Shown: positions 54,702-64,000 of the stretch, piece by piece
Position numbering within the stretch: the first letter of the stretch is position 1
Layout of the letters: the number at the start of each line of letters is the position of its first letter
Assembly (NCBI GenBank): GCA_964412525.1
Contig: CAYPOX010000001.1
Location: forward strand, 11,356-75,355
Length of the DNA stretch: 64,000 bases
Source of the DNA: an uncultured Caulobacterales bacterium
GTDB lineage: Bacteria > Pseudomonadota > Alphaproteobacteria > Caulobacterales > CAYPOX01
Direction of reading: 5' to 3'
Program-made: the position numbers and the translations under genes
The notes under the pieces: generated by a model
What the model was told of the DNA's origin: nothing
What the model saw: only the letters and a program-made list of their open reading frames with translations
The model's database searches: none

Positions 54702-55732
54702 CCGGCCGCCTCCGCCGTCTGAAAGTCTTGATCGCGAAGCCTGATGACCAATCCTTCGCCGTCCTCCGGCGGCGGGAGGCTCCGAAACGCCGCCGTGCGA
54801 CGCCCGCGCGCGGCGCAATCGACGGAGGCTTCGTCGAACGCCAACACGTCAAGACAGAAGATCGCCGCGTCCTCACGCGCCACTAGGATCTGAACGCCCT
54901 CCGGCGCGCGCGTCTCCGCATGCAGATGGCGGCTCACGGCTGGATCCAGCGGACCGGCCTCGACCACCCGGCAGGCCCCGGGCGGGATCCGCCACCAGCC
55001 GCGCGACCGCCGAAGGACCTCTCCATCGTCGGTCTGGGTTTCCCCAAGCGCGGCCCAAATCGTCGGACCCGCGTCATTGCAGACGGACAAGCCGATCGCC
55101 GTCGCCCGCGCCGTCGACGCCTCCAAAAGCGTTCGGAGCAAGGGCTCGTCGATATCCGCGGACCAGCGATCCACGTCTAGGAATGCGGCCACTGCGTCTC
55201 GGGTTTGGCCGCCCACGAGACCATCCGCGCCGCCTTCTAAAAATCCCAATTCGATCAGAAGCCGCTGAGCCCCCGCGGCGCGCGCTTGGGGGCGATTGAA
55301 TTCGGCGGGTTCGGTGAACGCCACGGTGCGCGGCCCCCCCGGACCGGATCGCGGCTTGACCGGCGCGAACCCGCGCATCTCGTCGGTGTCGTCTTGGCAG
55401 CTTCGCGCGTCCTCCATGGCGAACGCGCCCTCATGGGCGACGCAGAGGTCGGTCTGGCCGCCCCAAATCCGTCGCCCTTCGCCATAGGCCGGACGCGACT
55501 CCGCGAAGGCGTAGAGCGCGGCCCGGCGCGGCGTCTCGGGCAGCGCTTCGGCGCAGGCGCCCGGCAGCAGGTCAAACCAGCCGCGCGTCTCGATTTCGCC
55601 GCGCCGCGTCACCGCGGCGGCCGCCCGAACGGCGTAGCTGGTGAGATTGCACAACGCCAAAGGGGGTTCGGCCGCATGCGCCGTCGCGCCGCCGATTCCG
55701 ACCACAAGCATGATGAGCAGATGGATGCGCAT
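54698..55732 (-). CDS. Secreted protein with two DUF1036-like modules flanking a peptidoglycan-binding-like segment
   Basis: It has a signal peptide and LALCNLTSYAVRAA...RGWFDLLPGAC. The middle is GADGLVGGQTRDAVAAFL. The second module is LSVCNDAGP...RGWWRIPPGAC. Confidence 0.6.
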   Translation of the reverse strand: MRIHLLIMLVVGIGGATAHAAEPPLALCNLTSYAVRAAAAVTRRGEIETRGWFDLLPGACAEALPETPRRAALYAFAESRPAYGEGRRIWGGQTDLCVAHEGAFAMEDARSCQDDTDEMRGFAPVKPRSGPGGPRTVAFTEPAEFNRPQARAAGAQRLLIELGFLEGGADGLVGGQTRDAVAAFLDVDRWSADIDEPLLRTLLEASTARATAIGLSVCNDAGPTIWAALGETQTDDGEVLRRSRGWWRIPPGACRVVEAGPLDPAVSRHLHAETRAPEGVQILVAREDAAIFCLDVLAFDEASVDCAARGRRTAAFRSLPPPEDGEGLVIRLRDQDFQTAEAAG

Positions 55733-55759
55733 GTCGCCTCCCAGCCTATAGAGGTTGCA

Positions 55760-56410
55760 TCAGCCGACCGCCAGCGCGGCGAGGTCGGCGCGCAGCTCCG
55801 CCACCCCTTCGCGCGCATTGGCGGAGGTGGCGCGCACCGTCGGGTGCGCCGCAGGACGACGATGGAGCGCCTCAGCGGTGGCGTCGGCGACCGTCTGAAG
55901 ATCCGCGGCGCTGATCTTGTCGATTTTGGTGAGCACCGCTTGGTAGGAGACCGCGGCGGAATCGAGTTCGTCGGCGATCTCCAAATCCGAAGGTTTGAGC
56001 CCATGGCGAGAGTCGACCAGGAGCAACACGCGGCGCAAATTGGGGCGGCCGCGCAGATAGGCCCGCGTGGCCTTCGTCCAACGGGCGATGTCCGTCTTCG
56101 GCGCGCGGGCGTAGCCATAGCCGGGCAGGTCCACCAGATAGAGCGCCTCCCCAAGCAGGAAGAAATTCAGCAAACGGGTTCGTCCTGGCGTGCCCGACGT
56201 CTTGGCGAGAGTTTTTCGGCCCGTGAGCGCATTGACGAGGCTGGACTTTCCCACATTCGACCGGCCGGCGAACGCCACTTCCGGTCGATCCGCGGGCGGA
56301 ACCGTCTCCAGACCCGCCGCCGATATTAAGAACTGGCACTCCTGCGCGAATAGGAGACGGCCGCGCTCCCGCGCGTGCGCCTCCTCCTCGTCGTCTTCGG
56401 CGTGGCTCAC
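55760..56410 (-). CDS. yihA: Ribosome-biogenesis GTPase YihA/EngB
   Basis: It has G1 GRSNVGKSSLVNAL, G3 DLPGYGY and G4 TKIDK. The GTG at 56410 overlaps the yidC TGA. The longer track ORF is rejected. Confidence 0.9.
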   Translation of the reverse strand: MSHAEDDEEEAHARERGRLLFAQECQFLISAAGLETVPPADRPEVAFAGRSNVGKSSLVNALTGRKTLAKTSGTPGRTRLLNFFLLGEALYLVDLPGYGYARAPKTDIARWTKATRAYLRGRPNLRRVLLLVDSRHGLKPSDLEIADELDSAAVSYQAVLTKIDKISAADLQTVADATAEALHRRPAAHPTVRATSANAREGVAELRADLAALAVG

Positions 56411-58197
56411 TCCTGATTCGGCTTGAGCCGCTTCAGCAAGGGAATATTGCTGAAAATCTGCGGCTTCACGCCCATCCGGCGCATGATGACATATTGCTGA
56501 AGGATGGTGAGCGCGTTGGTCCACGTCCAATAGATCACCAGACCCGCCGAAAAGCCCGCCAGGATGATCGTGAACATGAAGGGCAGGATCGCGAAAATCC
56601 GTTGCTGCATGGGATCGGTCGGCGGCGGGTTCAGGGACTGCTGAAGCCACATGGTGACGCCCATGATCATCGGCCAAGCGCCGATCGCGAAGACCTGGCC
56701 GACCAGCGGGATCGAGGTCATGGCGTCGACTGAGAAGGGCAGCAGCCCGAAGAGGTTCACCCAAGCGGTCGGATCCGGAGCCGACAAATCGCGGATCCAA
56801 CCGAAAAACGGCGCGTGGCGCATTTCGATCGTGACGAAGAGAACCTTGTAAAATGCGAAAAAGACCGGAATTTGCGGCAGTATAAGTAAACAGCCCGCGA
56901 GCGGATTGACTTTTTCTTTCTTGTAAAGCGCCATCAGCTCTTGCTGCATCTTCATTCGGTCGTCTTTGAAGCGCTCTTGGAGCTTTTGCATCTCCGGCTG
57001 CACTTTGCGCATCTTCGCCATGGACTCGAAGGATTTGTGCGCGAGAGGGAAAAAGACGGCCCGCACCATCAATGTGACGATCAGGATCGCCAGGCCGAAA
57101 TTGCCGACCAGGGATTCGGATTTCTGCAGCAGAAAGAAGAAGGTCCGCGTCAGCGGAAACAGATGCCCCCAATCGATCGCCTGGTCGAAATTGGCCACCT
57201 CCAGCTCGCGTTCATACCGATCAAGCAGCACCTTTCGCTTCGCGCCGGCGAAGAGACGTTGGGTGATTTCCGTCGCCTGTCCCGGCGCCAGCTCAAGCGC
57301 GTTCGCCACATACTCCGCGCGAAAGACGGGGGCGCCTTCCTCGCCGAGATCTTGAAAGCTGGCGTCGAAGGCGCCGGCGCCCGCCGGGATCACTGCGGCG
57401 AGCCAATACTTGTCCGTGATGCCCAGCCATCCGTCTTGGGCGGTCATGGCGAAGGGCCCGTCTTTGATGACTTTTTTGTATTTTCGCTGGGTGAGGGCCC
57501 CGTCGAACACGCCGAGCGGACCGGTGAACAGGGGGCCGATCATGCCGTTTCGCTCCGGCATGCCGTAACGCTGCACAAAGCCATAGGGGTTCAAGGCGAC
57601 GGTTTCGCCGGTTTGGTTCTCGACCCGATCGGTGATCGTGAACATGTAGTCGTCGTCCACGCTGATCGTGCGGGTGATCCGGATGCCGTCGTCGGTCTCG
57701 GCTTGGAGCGTCACCGGCGCGTTCGCCGATAGGCTCTCGCCGGAGATGACGCGCCATTCGGTTCGTGGTCCAGGAAGGCTTTCGCGCAGATCGAGGTCCG
57801 CGGACGTCCATCCGAACAGAGCGAAAAACGCGTTCCTCTCCCGGCGCGGTCGCAGCAACGTCACCGTCGGACTGTTCGGATCCAAAGTCTCGCGATAGCC
57901 GGTCAAATGGAGATCGTCGATCCGCGCCCCGCGGAGCGAAATCGACCCGGTGATGCTGCCCGTCTCGATCGGAATGCGCGGCGCGTCCTCCGCACGCGGC
58001 GCGTCGCGATCCGATGCGACCGCCGCCGCCGGCGCGGACGGCGCGCGCTCATCGACGATCCGCTCCGCTTGCGCGGCTTCAGAGGGGCGGCCGTCGGACT
58101 GCGCCGGCAGGAAACGCGGCGCGATGACGCCATAATAGACAAGGATGATGGCGGCGATCAAAAGACCGGCCACCAGGGCGCGTTGGTTGTCGCTCAT
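56407..58197 (-). CDS. yidC: Membrane protein insertase YidC
   Basis: At 596 aa it has an N-terminal TM helix, a large periplasmic domain and the conserved core (NFGLAILIVTLMVRAVFFPL, KVNPLAGCLLILPQIPVFFAFY). Confidence 0.95.
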   Translation of the reverse strand: MSDNQRALVAGLLIAAIILVYYGVIAPRFLPAQSDGRPSEAAQAERIVDERAPSAPAAAVASDRDAPRAEDAPRIPIETGSITGSISLRGARIDDLHLTGYRETLDPNSPTVTLLRPRRERNAFFALFGWTSADLDLRESLPGPRTEWRVISGESLSANAPVTLQAETDDGIRITRTISVDDDYMFTITDRVENQTGETVALNPYGFVQRYGMPERNGMIGPLFTGPLGVFDGALTQRKYKKVIKDGPFAMTAQDGWLGITDKYWLAAVIPAGAGAFDASFQDLGEEGAPVFRAEYVANALELAPGQATEITQRLFAGAKRKVLLDRYERELEVANFDQAIDWGHLFPLTRTFFFLLQKSESLVGNFGLAILIVTLMVRAVFFPLAHKSFESMAKMRKVQPEMQKLQERFKDDRMKMQQELMALYKKEKVNPLAGCLLILPQIPVFFAFYKVLFVTIEMRHAPFFGWIRDLSAPDPTAWVNLFGLLPFSVDAMTSIPLVGQVFAIGAWPMIMGVTMWLQQSLNPPPTDPMQQRIFAILPFMFTIILAGFSAGLVIYWTWTNALTILQQYVIMRRMGVKPQIFSNIPLLKRLKPNQE

Positions 58198-58556
58198 GAA
58201 TCTCGCTTTCCGCGGCGTGCGGGAGTTGGACGTCGGGCCCCTGCAGCGCTGTGGAGGGATAGAAGCGCGGCCTCCAAATCGTCAAGCAAGGCGGCGAAGG
58301 GGCGGGTCAAGCCGTCGCGCCGACCGACCAGGACATAGCGCCACCCGGCCGCGCCGCACCGCGCCACGACGTCTCGCGCCACCGCGCGCAACCGGCGCTT
58401 CAACCGGTTGCGGACCACGGCGCCGCCGATCTTTTTGGTGACGGTGAAGCCGACGGCGATGTCGTCGGCGTCCGCCTGGCGAAATCCTTCAAGCGCGAAG
58501 CCAGGCCTGCCGACCCGGTGTCGTCGCGCGGCCAAAAAGTCGCGTCGCTTCGTCAG
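58194..58556 (-). CDS. rnpA: RNase P protein component RnpA; start codon uncertain
   Basis: It has LTKRRDFLAARR...GFTVTKKIGGAVVRNRLKRRLR (the RNR motif). No in-frame ATG or GTG lies between the rpmH stop and the conserved region, so CTG at 58556 is the nearest candidate. Confidence 0.75.
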   Translation of the reverse strand: MTKRRDFLAARRHRVGRPGFALEGFRQADADDIAVGFTVTKKIGGAVVRNRLKRRLRAVARDVVARCGAAGWRYVLVGRRDGLTRPFAALLDDLEAALLSLHSAAGARRPTPARRGKRDS

Positions 58557-58576
58557 CGTCCGAAGACGCGGACGGC

Positions 58577-58711
58577 TTACGCCGACAGCCTTTTCCGCCC
58601 GCGGGCGCGCCGCGCATTCAGAATTTTCCGCCCATTTTTCGTCGCCATGCGCGCACGGAAGCCGTGCCGGCGCTTGCGCACGAGATTGCTTGGTTGATAA
58701 GTCCGCTTCAC
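58577..58711 (-). CDS. rpmH: 50S ribosomal protein L34; absent from the ORF track because it is under 60 aa
   Basis: My own translation gives (M)[43 protein letters not shown]. It starts at a GTG, with GAGGAG 7 nt upstream. Confidence 0.95.
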   Translation of the reverse strand: MKRTYQPSNLVRKRRHGFRARMATKNGRKILNARRARGRKRLSA

Positions 58712-58868
58712 GAGCCACTCCTCGCCTCGACCAATGCGGCGGCCCGCGCCCCGCCGGTGAGGCGCGGGCGTTAGCGCAAGCAGGGGGCCCCGTCAAGCGG
58801 GGACACGCGCTTTGCGCGCCGGCGCGGGCTTGCGGCGGGGGGCCGGGCAAGGCGGAAAGGGCGCAGGG

Positions 58869-59618
58869 GTGGCGACCGAAAAAAAAGAGAAAAAGGGGCC
58901 GTTGGCGCGCCTGTTTCCAATTTTGGTGGTGGCGGCCCTGTTGGCCGGATTTTATCTCGCAGGCCTCCACCGCTATTTCACCCTCGACTCCATCCAAGAC
59001 AACCATGAGGCGATCGACTCGTTCTGCCGAACCCATTTCGGCGCGACGCTTTTCGTTTTCGTGGCCGCCTACGCCGCCGCCGTGGCGATCTCGTTTCCAG
59101 GCGCGTCCATCATGACGATTTTGGGCGGCTATCTGTTCGGCGTCGTGATCGGCTCCGTCGCGGTGGTGATCGCCGCGACGACGGGCGCGGTGATCGTCTT
59201 CTTGGTGGCGCGTTCGGCGGCTGGCGACAATTTGAGCCGCCGCCTTGGCGGTTTCGCCGCGAAGTTGGAGGACGGCTTTCGGAAGGACGCCTTCTCTTAC
59301 CTACTCACGCTTCGTTTGATCCCCCTCGTGCCGTTCTGGGCGCTGAACATCGCGCCCGCTTTGTTCGGGACGCCGCTTCGTTCATTCGCCGTCGCTACGG
59401 CGATCGGCATCATTCCTGGCACGATCGTGTTCGTCAGCATCGGCAATGGTCTCGGCGCGGCGATCGAAGCGGGCGAGGATCTCGCCTTGGACGGCATTTT
59501 GACGAAGCCCGAGATCCTGTTGCCGATCGTCGGACTCGCGGCGCTCTCCCTGTTGCCGGTGCTCTACAAAAGGTTCGTTCGGAAGTCGGACGGGTCCGCG
59601 GCCGAGTCCCAGGCTTGA
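58869..59618 (+). CDS. TVP38/TMEM64 (DedA-related) family membrane protein
   Basis: It has SFPGASIMTILGGYLFG and LRLIPLVPFWALNIAPALFG across five to six TM segments. The GTG at 58869 is preferred over the track's start. Confidence 0.75.
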   Translation: MATEKKEKKGPLARLFPILVVAALLAGFYLAGLHRYFTLDSIQDNHEAIDSFCRTHFGATLFVFVAAYAAAVAISFPGASIMTILGGYLFGVVIGSVAVVIAATTGAVIVFLVARSAAGDNLSRRLGGFAAKLEDGFRKDAFSYLLTLRLIPLVPFWALNIAPALFGTPLRSFAVATAIGIIPGTIVFVSIGNGLGAAIEAGEDLALDGILTKPEILLPIVGLAALSLLPVLYKRFVRKSDGSAAESQA

Positions 59619-59620
59619 AC

Positions 59621-61057
59621 ATGGCGGACAAGAAACTTCTGACGCCGGATTTGTGCGTGATCGGGGCCGGCTCGGCGGGACTGACCGTCACGTCAGGCGC
59701 CGCTCAACTGGGCTTGAACGTGGTTTTGATCGAAGCTGGCGAGATGGGCGGCGATTGCCTCAATGTGGGCTGCGTGCCGTCAAAGGCGCTTCTGCACGCC
59801 GCGTCGCTCGCCCATACGCGCCGCGCTGCGCCGGGCGCCGGCGCGTCGTCCTCCGACGTGGCGGTCGATTTCAAGCGCGTGATGGACCACGTCCGCGGGG
59901 CCATCGCCGCAATCGCGCCCCATGACAGCCAAGAACGCTTTGAGGGGCTTGGGGCGACCGTGCTGCGCGAGCGGGCCGAGTTCGTGGATCCGAAGACGGT
60001 GGAAACGCCAAGCACCCGCGTCCGCGCCCGCAAATTCATCCTTGCGACCGGGTCCCGCCCCGCCGTCCCAGGGATTCAAGGGCTTTCCGACGGACCTTAT
60101 CTCACAAGCGACACGATCTGGGCGTTGGACACGCTTCCGCGTCGCCTTCTTGTGCTGGGCGGCGGCGCGATCGGGGTCGAGCTGGCGCAAGCGTTCCGGC
60201 GGCTGGGGGCGGAAGTCGTGATCGTGGAGGCTGCGGGCTTGCTCGGCCGGGAGGACCCGGACGCCGTGGCCTTGCTGCGCGCTCGGCTGAAGGCGGAGGG
60301 CGTGGTCGTCCATGAACGGGCCAAGGCCATGTCCGTGGCCCATGGCAAGGATGAAGTTTCGTTGACCCTCGACACGGACGATGCGCCGGCGTCGGTGTCG
60401 GGCAGTCACCTGCTCGTCGCCGTCGGGCGCGCGCCGACCGTCTCCGGTTTGGGGTTGGAGGCGGCGGGCGTCCGATATGAGACCCGCGGGGTGGTGACGG
60501 ACGCGCGGCTCCGCACCAGCAACAAACGGGTGCTCGCGATCGGGGACGTGCGCGGCATGCCCATGTTCACGCATAAGGCGGGCGACGACGGCGCGGTCGC
60601 CATCCGCAATCTGCTTTTCAAGGCGCCGGCCAAGGCTCGCGACGCCCTTGTGCCGCGCGCGACCTACACCGATCCTGAGATCGCCAGCGTCGGGCTCACC
60701 ATGCAGGAAGCGCGCGATCGCCATGGCGACAAAGCGCGCATCCTGATGGTGGAGACGAAAGGGAATGACCGCGCCATCGCCGAAGACGACCGCGACGGAT
60801 TTCTGTCGGTCGCGGTCGACCCGAAGGGCGACATTCTCGGCGCCGTCTGCGTCGGAACGGGCGCGGGCGACATGATCTTCCCCTGGTGCTTCGCCATCGC
60901 GAACAAGTTGAAGATCCGCGCCTTCACCAATGTGCTGGCGGCCTATCCGACACGCAGCGAAATGTCGAAACGGGCGGCGAGCGCGTATTACGAGCCGATC
61001 GTGTTCAATGAACGGACGCGCGCCTTGGTGCGGGTCCTGTTCAATCTGCCCTTCTAG
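59621..61057 (+). CDS. FAD-dependent pyridine nucleotide-disulfide oxidoreductase (dihydrolipoamide dehydrogenase / mercuric reductase-like)
   Basis: It has GAGSAGL, the redox-active GGDCLNVGCVPSK, an NAD site VLGGGAIGVELA, and a C-terminal dimerisation domain. Confidence 0.85.
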   Translation: MADKKLLTPDLCVIGAGSAGLTVTSGAAQLGLNVVLIEAGEMGGDCLNVGCVPSKALLHAASLAHTRRAAPGAGASSSDVAVDFKRVMDHVRGAIAAIAPHDSQERFEGLGATVLRERAEFVDPKTVETPSTRVRARKFILATGSRPAVPGIQGLSDGPYLTSDTIWALDTLPRRLLVLGGGAIGVELAQAFRRLGAEVVIVEAAGLLGREDPDAVALLRARLKAEGVVVHERAKAMSVAHGKDEVSLTLDTDDAPASVSGSHLLVAVGRAPTVSGLGLEAAGVRYETRGVVTDARLRTSNKRVLAIGDVRGMPMFTHKAGDDGAVAIRNLLFKAPAKARDALVPRATYTDPEIASVGLTMQEARDRHGDKARILMVETKGNDRAIAEDDRDGFLSVAVDPKGDILGAVCVGTGAGDMIFPWCFAIANKLKIRAFTNVLAAYPTRSEMSKRAASAYYEPIVFNERTRALVRVLFNLPF

Positions 61058-61088
61058 CGGCGGGCTCTAGGGGAATGGAGCGCTGACG

Positions 61089-62558
61089 ATGCCGCGCCTT
61101 CTTCGCGGATTGTCCGCCCGGCTGCTGCTGCTGACCGTGGCCTTCGTGCTGATCGCGGAAGCTTTCATCTTCGTGCCGTCGGCGGCGAACGCCTATCGGC
61201 GTTGGGTGCGCGCACGCCTTGATCAGGCGGAGATCGCGGCTCTGGCGGCCTTGGCGGCCCCGGATCGGATCGTTGAGTTTGGCCTGGAGCAAGATTTGAC
61301 CGCGGCCGCCGGCGTTTTGGCGATCGAATACGATTTGAACCAAGGCGGGATGTTGGCGCTGCAGGCCCAGAACGTGGAAGGACCGCCGCGCATCGTCCAC
61401 GATCTCCGCATTGACGGCGCCGCGCATTGGATCGCCGCGGCGTCGCGGGCGATGTGGCCGGGACCCGAGCGCCTGATCGAGGCGCGCGGCGCGCCGCGGT
61501 TCGACGCGGGTTTCCAGATCATGGTGGTGGCCCGGGAGTCCGAGGCGCGGCGGGTTCTCTACGCCTATTCCCGCAACATCCTTTCTCTGTCCCTGGTGAT
61601 CTCTCTGTTCACGGGCGGCTTGGTCTATGCGACTCTCCGGGCGGCCTTCGTGCGGCCGCTGACCCGGCTGGCGGCCTCCATGTCGTCCTTTAAGGAGAAT
61701 CCGCGCGATCCGAGCCGGATCGTCGAGTCCACGGGGCGGGTCGACGAGATCGGCGCCCTCGAAGCGAGCCTCAATGAGATGCAGACGGCGCTGCAACGCG
61801 GCATCGAACAGCGCGAGCGTTTGGCGCAACTCGGCGAGGCGGTCGCCAAGATCAATCATGATCTCCGCAACATTCTCGCCAGCGCGCAATTGATATCCGA
61901 TCGATTGCGTCGCAGCGACGACCCTCTGGTGCGCCGGCTGGCCCCCAAACTGTTCGCGTCCATCGATCGCGCGCAACGGCTCTGCGAAGACACTTTGCGC
62001 TACGGACGTCCGCGCGCCGAGCAGGTTCGCCCGACCGCGACGCCGCTCCGCGCCGTCGCGGATGACGCCGCGGAGACGGCGCGTTTGGGGGCGGCGGGGT
62101 CCTATCCGGTCGAAGTGGCTTTGGCCCCGGATCTCGTCGTCCATGCGGACCCTGACCAACTGAACCGCATACTTTTGAACCTGATCCGCAACGCCATCCA
62201 GGCCTTGGAGCGAAGCGGCAAGCAAGCAGGGCGGGTGCGGGTGACCGCATCCCGCTTGGACGAGCCGCCGCGCATCGCCATTGACGTGGAGGATGACGGC
62301 CCCGGCGTGCCCGTCGACGCCCAAGCGAACTTGTTTGAAGTCTACGCTTCCGGCGCGCGTGGGTCCGGCCTCGGCTTGGCCATCGCCCGGGACCTGGCGC
62401 GGGGCCATGGCGGCGACGTGGTCCTATGGCGCTCCGATGAGCACGGCGCGGTGTTCCGCACTGTGCTTCCGGACGCCCTTGCGGACGACGTTCAGCCCCC
62501 CTCGACGTCCCCCGTCAACGAGACGCCTTCGCGCCGCGGATCCGCCGCGGCTTCATAG
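61089..62558 (+). CDS. Membrane sensor histidine kinase
   Basis: It has an N-terminal TM helix, a HAMP-like region, the H-box AKINHDLRNILASAQLISD and ATPase motifs (DDGPGVP, GSGLGLAIARDL). Confidence 0.9.
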   Translation: MPRLLRGLSARLLLLTVAFVLIAEAFIFVPSAANAYRRWVRARLDQAEIAALAALAAPDRIVEFGLEQDLTAAAGVLAIEYDLNQGGMLALQAQNVEGPPRIVHDLRIDGAAHWIAAASRAMWPGPERLIEARGAPRFDAGFQIMVVARESEARRVLYAYSRNILSLSLVISLFTGGLVYATLRAAFVRPLTRLAASMSSFKENPRDPSRIVESTGRVDEIGALEASLNEMQTALQRGIEQRERLAQLGEAVAKINHDLRNILASAQLISDRLRRSDDPLVRRLAPKLFASIDRAQRLCEDTLRYGRPRAEQVRPTATPLRAVADDAAETARLGAAGSYPVEVALAPDLVVHADPDQLNRILLNLIRNAIQALERSGKQAGRVRVTASRLDEPPRIAIDVEDDGPGVPVDAQANLFEVYASGARGSGLGLAIARDLARGHGGDVVLWRSDEHGAVFRTVLPDALADDVQPPSTSPVNETPSRRGSAAAS

Positions 62559-64000
62559 CCCGCCTCCGTACGGCCGACCGCATGCACGCCGCTGGTGAGC
62601 GCCCGCTCGCGCACGGCGTGCCCGCGCGCGGACATCGCCGCGCGCATCGGTTCGGGAAATCGCCCCTCCTCCAGGACCAGCGCCCCGCCGCGGGCGTAGA
62701 CATTGGGCGCGGCGATCGCCTCGGCGAGGCTGTCGCCCCATTCCAAATGGGCCAGCAGCACCTTCGCGACATAGTCGATGATCGCCGTGCCGCCGGGCGA
62801 GCCGAGCGCGGCGACCATTTCGCCCTTCGCGTCGAAGACGAGAACGGGGCTCATGGAGGACCGCGGCTTCTTCCCGGGCGCGACCGCGTTGGCGACCGGC
62901 TGGCCGCCGATCTCCGGGCGGAAGGAGAAATCGGTCAGCTGATTGTTGAGGATGAATCCGCCCGCCATGACATGGCTTCCGAACGGAAACTCGACGGTGG
63001 TCGTCATGGTCACCACATCGCCGCGGCCGTCCACGATGGTGAAATGGCTGGTCGAGGGCGGTTTATCCGCAGCGTCCGGGGCGAGTCGCGCCTCGCCGGG
63101 CGGGTCGCCGGGGCCGACGGAGGGCGCCGCACGGTCGCCGATCTCGCTCGCCCGCGCGTCGAGATAGCTTGGATCGATCAATCCCTCCACCGGAACAGGA
63201 ACGACGCGATCATCCGCCATGAACCCGTCGCGATCCGCATAGGCGCGGCGAGAGGCCTCTGCGAAGAGGTGGAGCGCGCGTTCGGTCCAGCCCTGCTCGG
63301 CGCGCAGGTCCAGCCGCTCGAGCAAGCCCATCAATTGAAGCATGATGACGCCGGAAGAGGGCGGCGGCGCGGCGCAAAGACGGTAGGTTCGGAACGGCGC
63401 GCAAACCGGCGCGTTGCGTCGCGCCTCATAGCCGGCCAGATCTTCCGGCGTCATGGTGGATGGAAAGGTGGTCGTCTCCGTGGCGGCTGCGACGATCGCT
63501 TCGGCCAGCGATCCCTCGTAAAAACTCTCCGGCCCTTCCGCCGCCAATACGCGCAAGGACGCGCCGAGCTTCGGATTGCGCAGCGTCGCGCCAACGGGCA
63601 AGGGTGCGCCGTCTTCAGTGAAAAACATGCTGCGCGTATCCGGCATGTCGTCAAGGCGCGGGATCCGCGTGATCATCCGATGCAGCCGCGGCGTGACTTG
63701 AAAGCCGTCCTCTGCATGGCGGATGGCGTCGACGAACAGATCCGACCATGGCAGAGCGCCGTGATCCGCATGGGCCGCGGCCAAGGCCGCCACCACCCCC
63801 GGCACGCCGATGGAGTGGCCGCCGACCACGGCGTCGAGCAAGCCGAGCGGCTCGCCGTCCTCACGCAAAAACAGGTCCGGACCGACCGCGGCGGGCGCGG
63901 TCTCGCGCCCGTCATAATGGTGCACCTGCCCCGTCTTTGCGTCGAGATGCAAAAGAAAGGCGCCGCCGCCGATCCCCGAGGACTGAGGCTCCACCAAGGT
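62492..64000 (-). CDS. ggt: Gamma-glutamyltransferase; N-terminus lies outside the window
   Basis: It has GIGGGAFLL, TSHFTIVD (autocleavage Thr region), PGKKPRSSMSP and AAADPRREG. The ORF runs off the window edge. Confidence 0.9.
   Translation of the reverse strand, partial: TLVEPQSSGIGGGAFLLHLDAKTGQVHHYDGRETAPAAVGPDLFLREDGEPLGLLDAVVGGHSIGVPGVVAALAAAHADHGALPWSDLFVDAIRHAEDGFQVTPRLHRMITRIPRLDDMPDTRSMFFTEDGAPLPVGATLRNPKLGASLRVLAAEGPESFYEGSLAEAIVAAATETTTFPSTMTPEDLAGYEARRNAPVCAPFRTYRLCAAPPPSSGVIMLQLMGLLERLDLRAEQGWTERALHLFAEASRRAYADRDGFMADDRVVPVPVEGLIDPSYLDARASEIGDRAAPSVGPGDPPGEARLAPDAADKPPSTSHFTIVDGRGDVVTMTTTVEFPFGSHVMAGGFILNNQLTDFSFRPEIGGQPVANAVAPGKKPRSSMSPVLVFDAKGEMVAALGSPGGTAIIDYVAKVLLAHLEWGDSLAEAIAAPNVYARGGALVLEEGRFPEPMRAAMSARGHAVRERALTSGVHAVGRTEAGYEAAADPRREGVSLTGDVEGG

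Noticed and set aside
56411-57172. The N-terminal extension of the yihA ORF (track 55760-57172), together with the extensions of the rnpA ORF (58557-59036), the NlpC/P60 ORF (44201-44560), ahpC (42879-42920) and the HAD hydrolase (54702-54818)
   Set aside because: The extensions overlap neighbouring genes (yidC, rpmH, marR) or lack homology. Conserved N-termini with Shine-Dalgarno sequences or coupled start/stop overlaps are found further downstream.
58742-58769. A GC-rich hairpin, GCCCGCGCC / GGCGCGGGC, upstream of rpmH, as a possible regulatory RNA or REP element
   Set aside because: It is a single copy with no related sequence elsewhere in the window. Such GC hairpins arise readily in GC-rich intergenic DNA.
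1-64000. Mobile elements, prophage, CRISPR arrays, and tRNA or rRNA genes
   Set aside because: I found no transposase, integrase or phage-like ORFs, no arrays of regularly spaced repeats, no tRNA-like cloverleaf candidates in the intergenic regions longer than 75 nt, and no rRNA-like sequence. The only hints of foreign DNA are the low-GC patches at about 5990-6450, 26460-28200 and 32880-33070.

Overview
The window is a GC-rich chromosomal segment with alphaproteobacterial character: FlaF/FlbT flagellin regulators, a CtrA-like regulator, a MotE-like protein, ahpCD-oxyR, and the rpmH-rnpA-yidC-yihA and dapD-dapE groups. All calls come from reading the ORF translations and DNA by eye. No database search was run, so family names rest on remembered motifs.

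Layout:
- nt 1-28200 is one dense flagellar locus. It runs flgK(partial)-flgL, a divergent CtrA-like regulator, flgI-flgJ-like-flgN-like-methyltransferase, flagellin, flaF-flbT-flaG, fliI, flgB-flgC-fliE-fliQ-transglycosylase, flhA-fliR-flhB, motE-like/unknown/fliM/fliL, fliF-fliH-fliN-fliP-fliG, and a TPR/glycosyltransferase-like gene.
- nt 28300-45900 is metabolic and stress content: putA, a hydrolase, a peptide-type ABC binding protein, a TonB-dependent receptor, an Asp/Asn beta-hydroxylase-like protein, a hybrid histidine kinase, ahpCD-oxyR, marR-NlpC/P60 and a membrane cytochrome c.
- nt 46480-51374 is a tightly coupled four-gene operon that I cannot assign to a known pathway: two paralogous unknown proteins, a long DyP-type peroxidase and a cytochrome P450. 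This is the best candidate for an undescribed system.
- nt 51400-64000 is housekeeping: dapE/dapD, a HAD nucleotidase, a DUF1036-like protein, yihA-yidC-rnpA-rpmH, a TVP38-like protein with a flavoprotein disulfide reductase, a histidine kinase, and ggt (partial).

Other notable points:
- The flagellar locus has an oversized FlgL with a duplicated insert carrying EF-hand-like loops, and a related segment in FlgK.
- It has a 519-aa flagellin, with two candidate flagellin-modification genes sitting in low-GC patches.
- The CtrA-like regulator lacks the phospho-acceptor Asp.
- Perfect short repeats recur in the flagellar promoter regions.
- The leader of the TonB-dependent receptor gene could form a structure that sequesters the Shine-Dalgarno sequence.

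I saw no rRNA, tRNA, CRISPR array, transposase or integrase. Many long ORFs in the six-frame track are antisense or upstream-extension artefacts typical of GC-rich DNA, and I rejected them.
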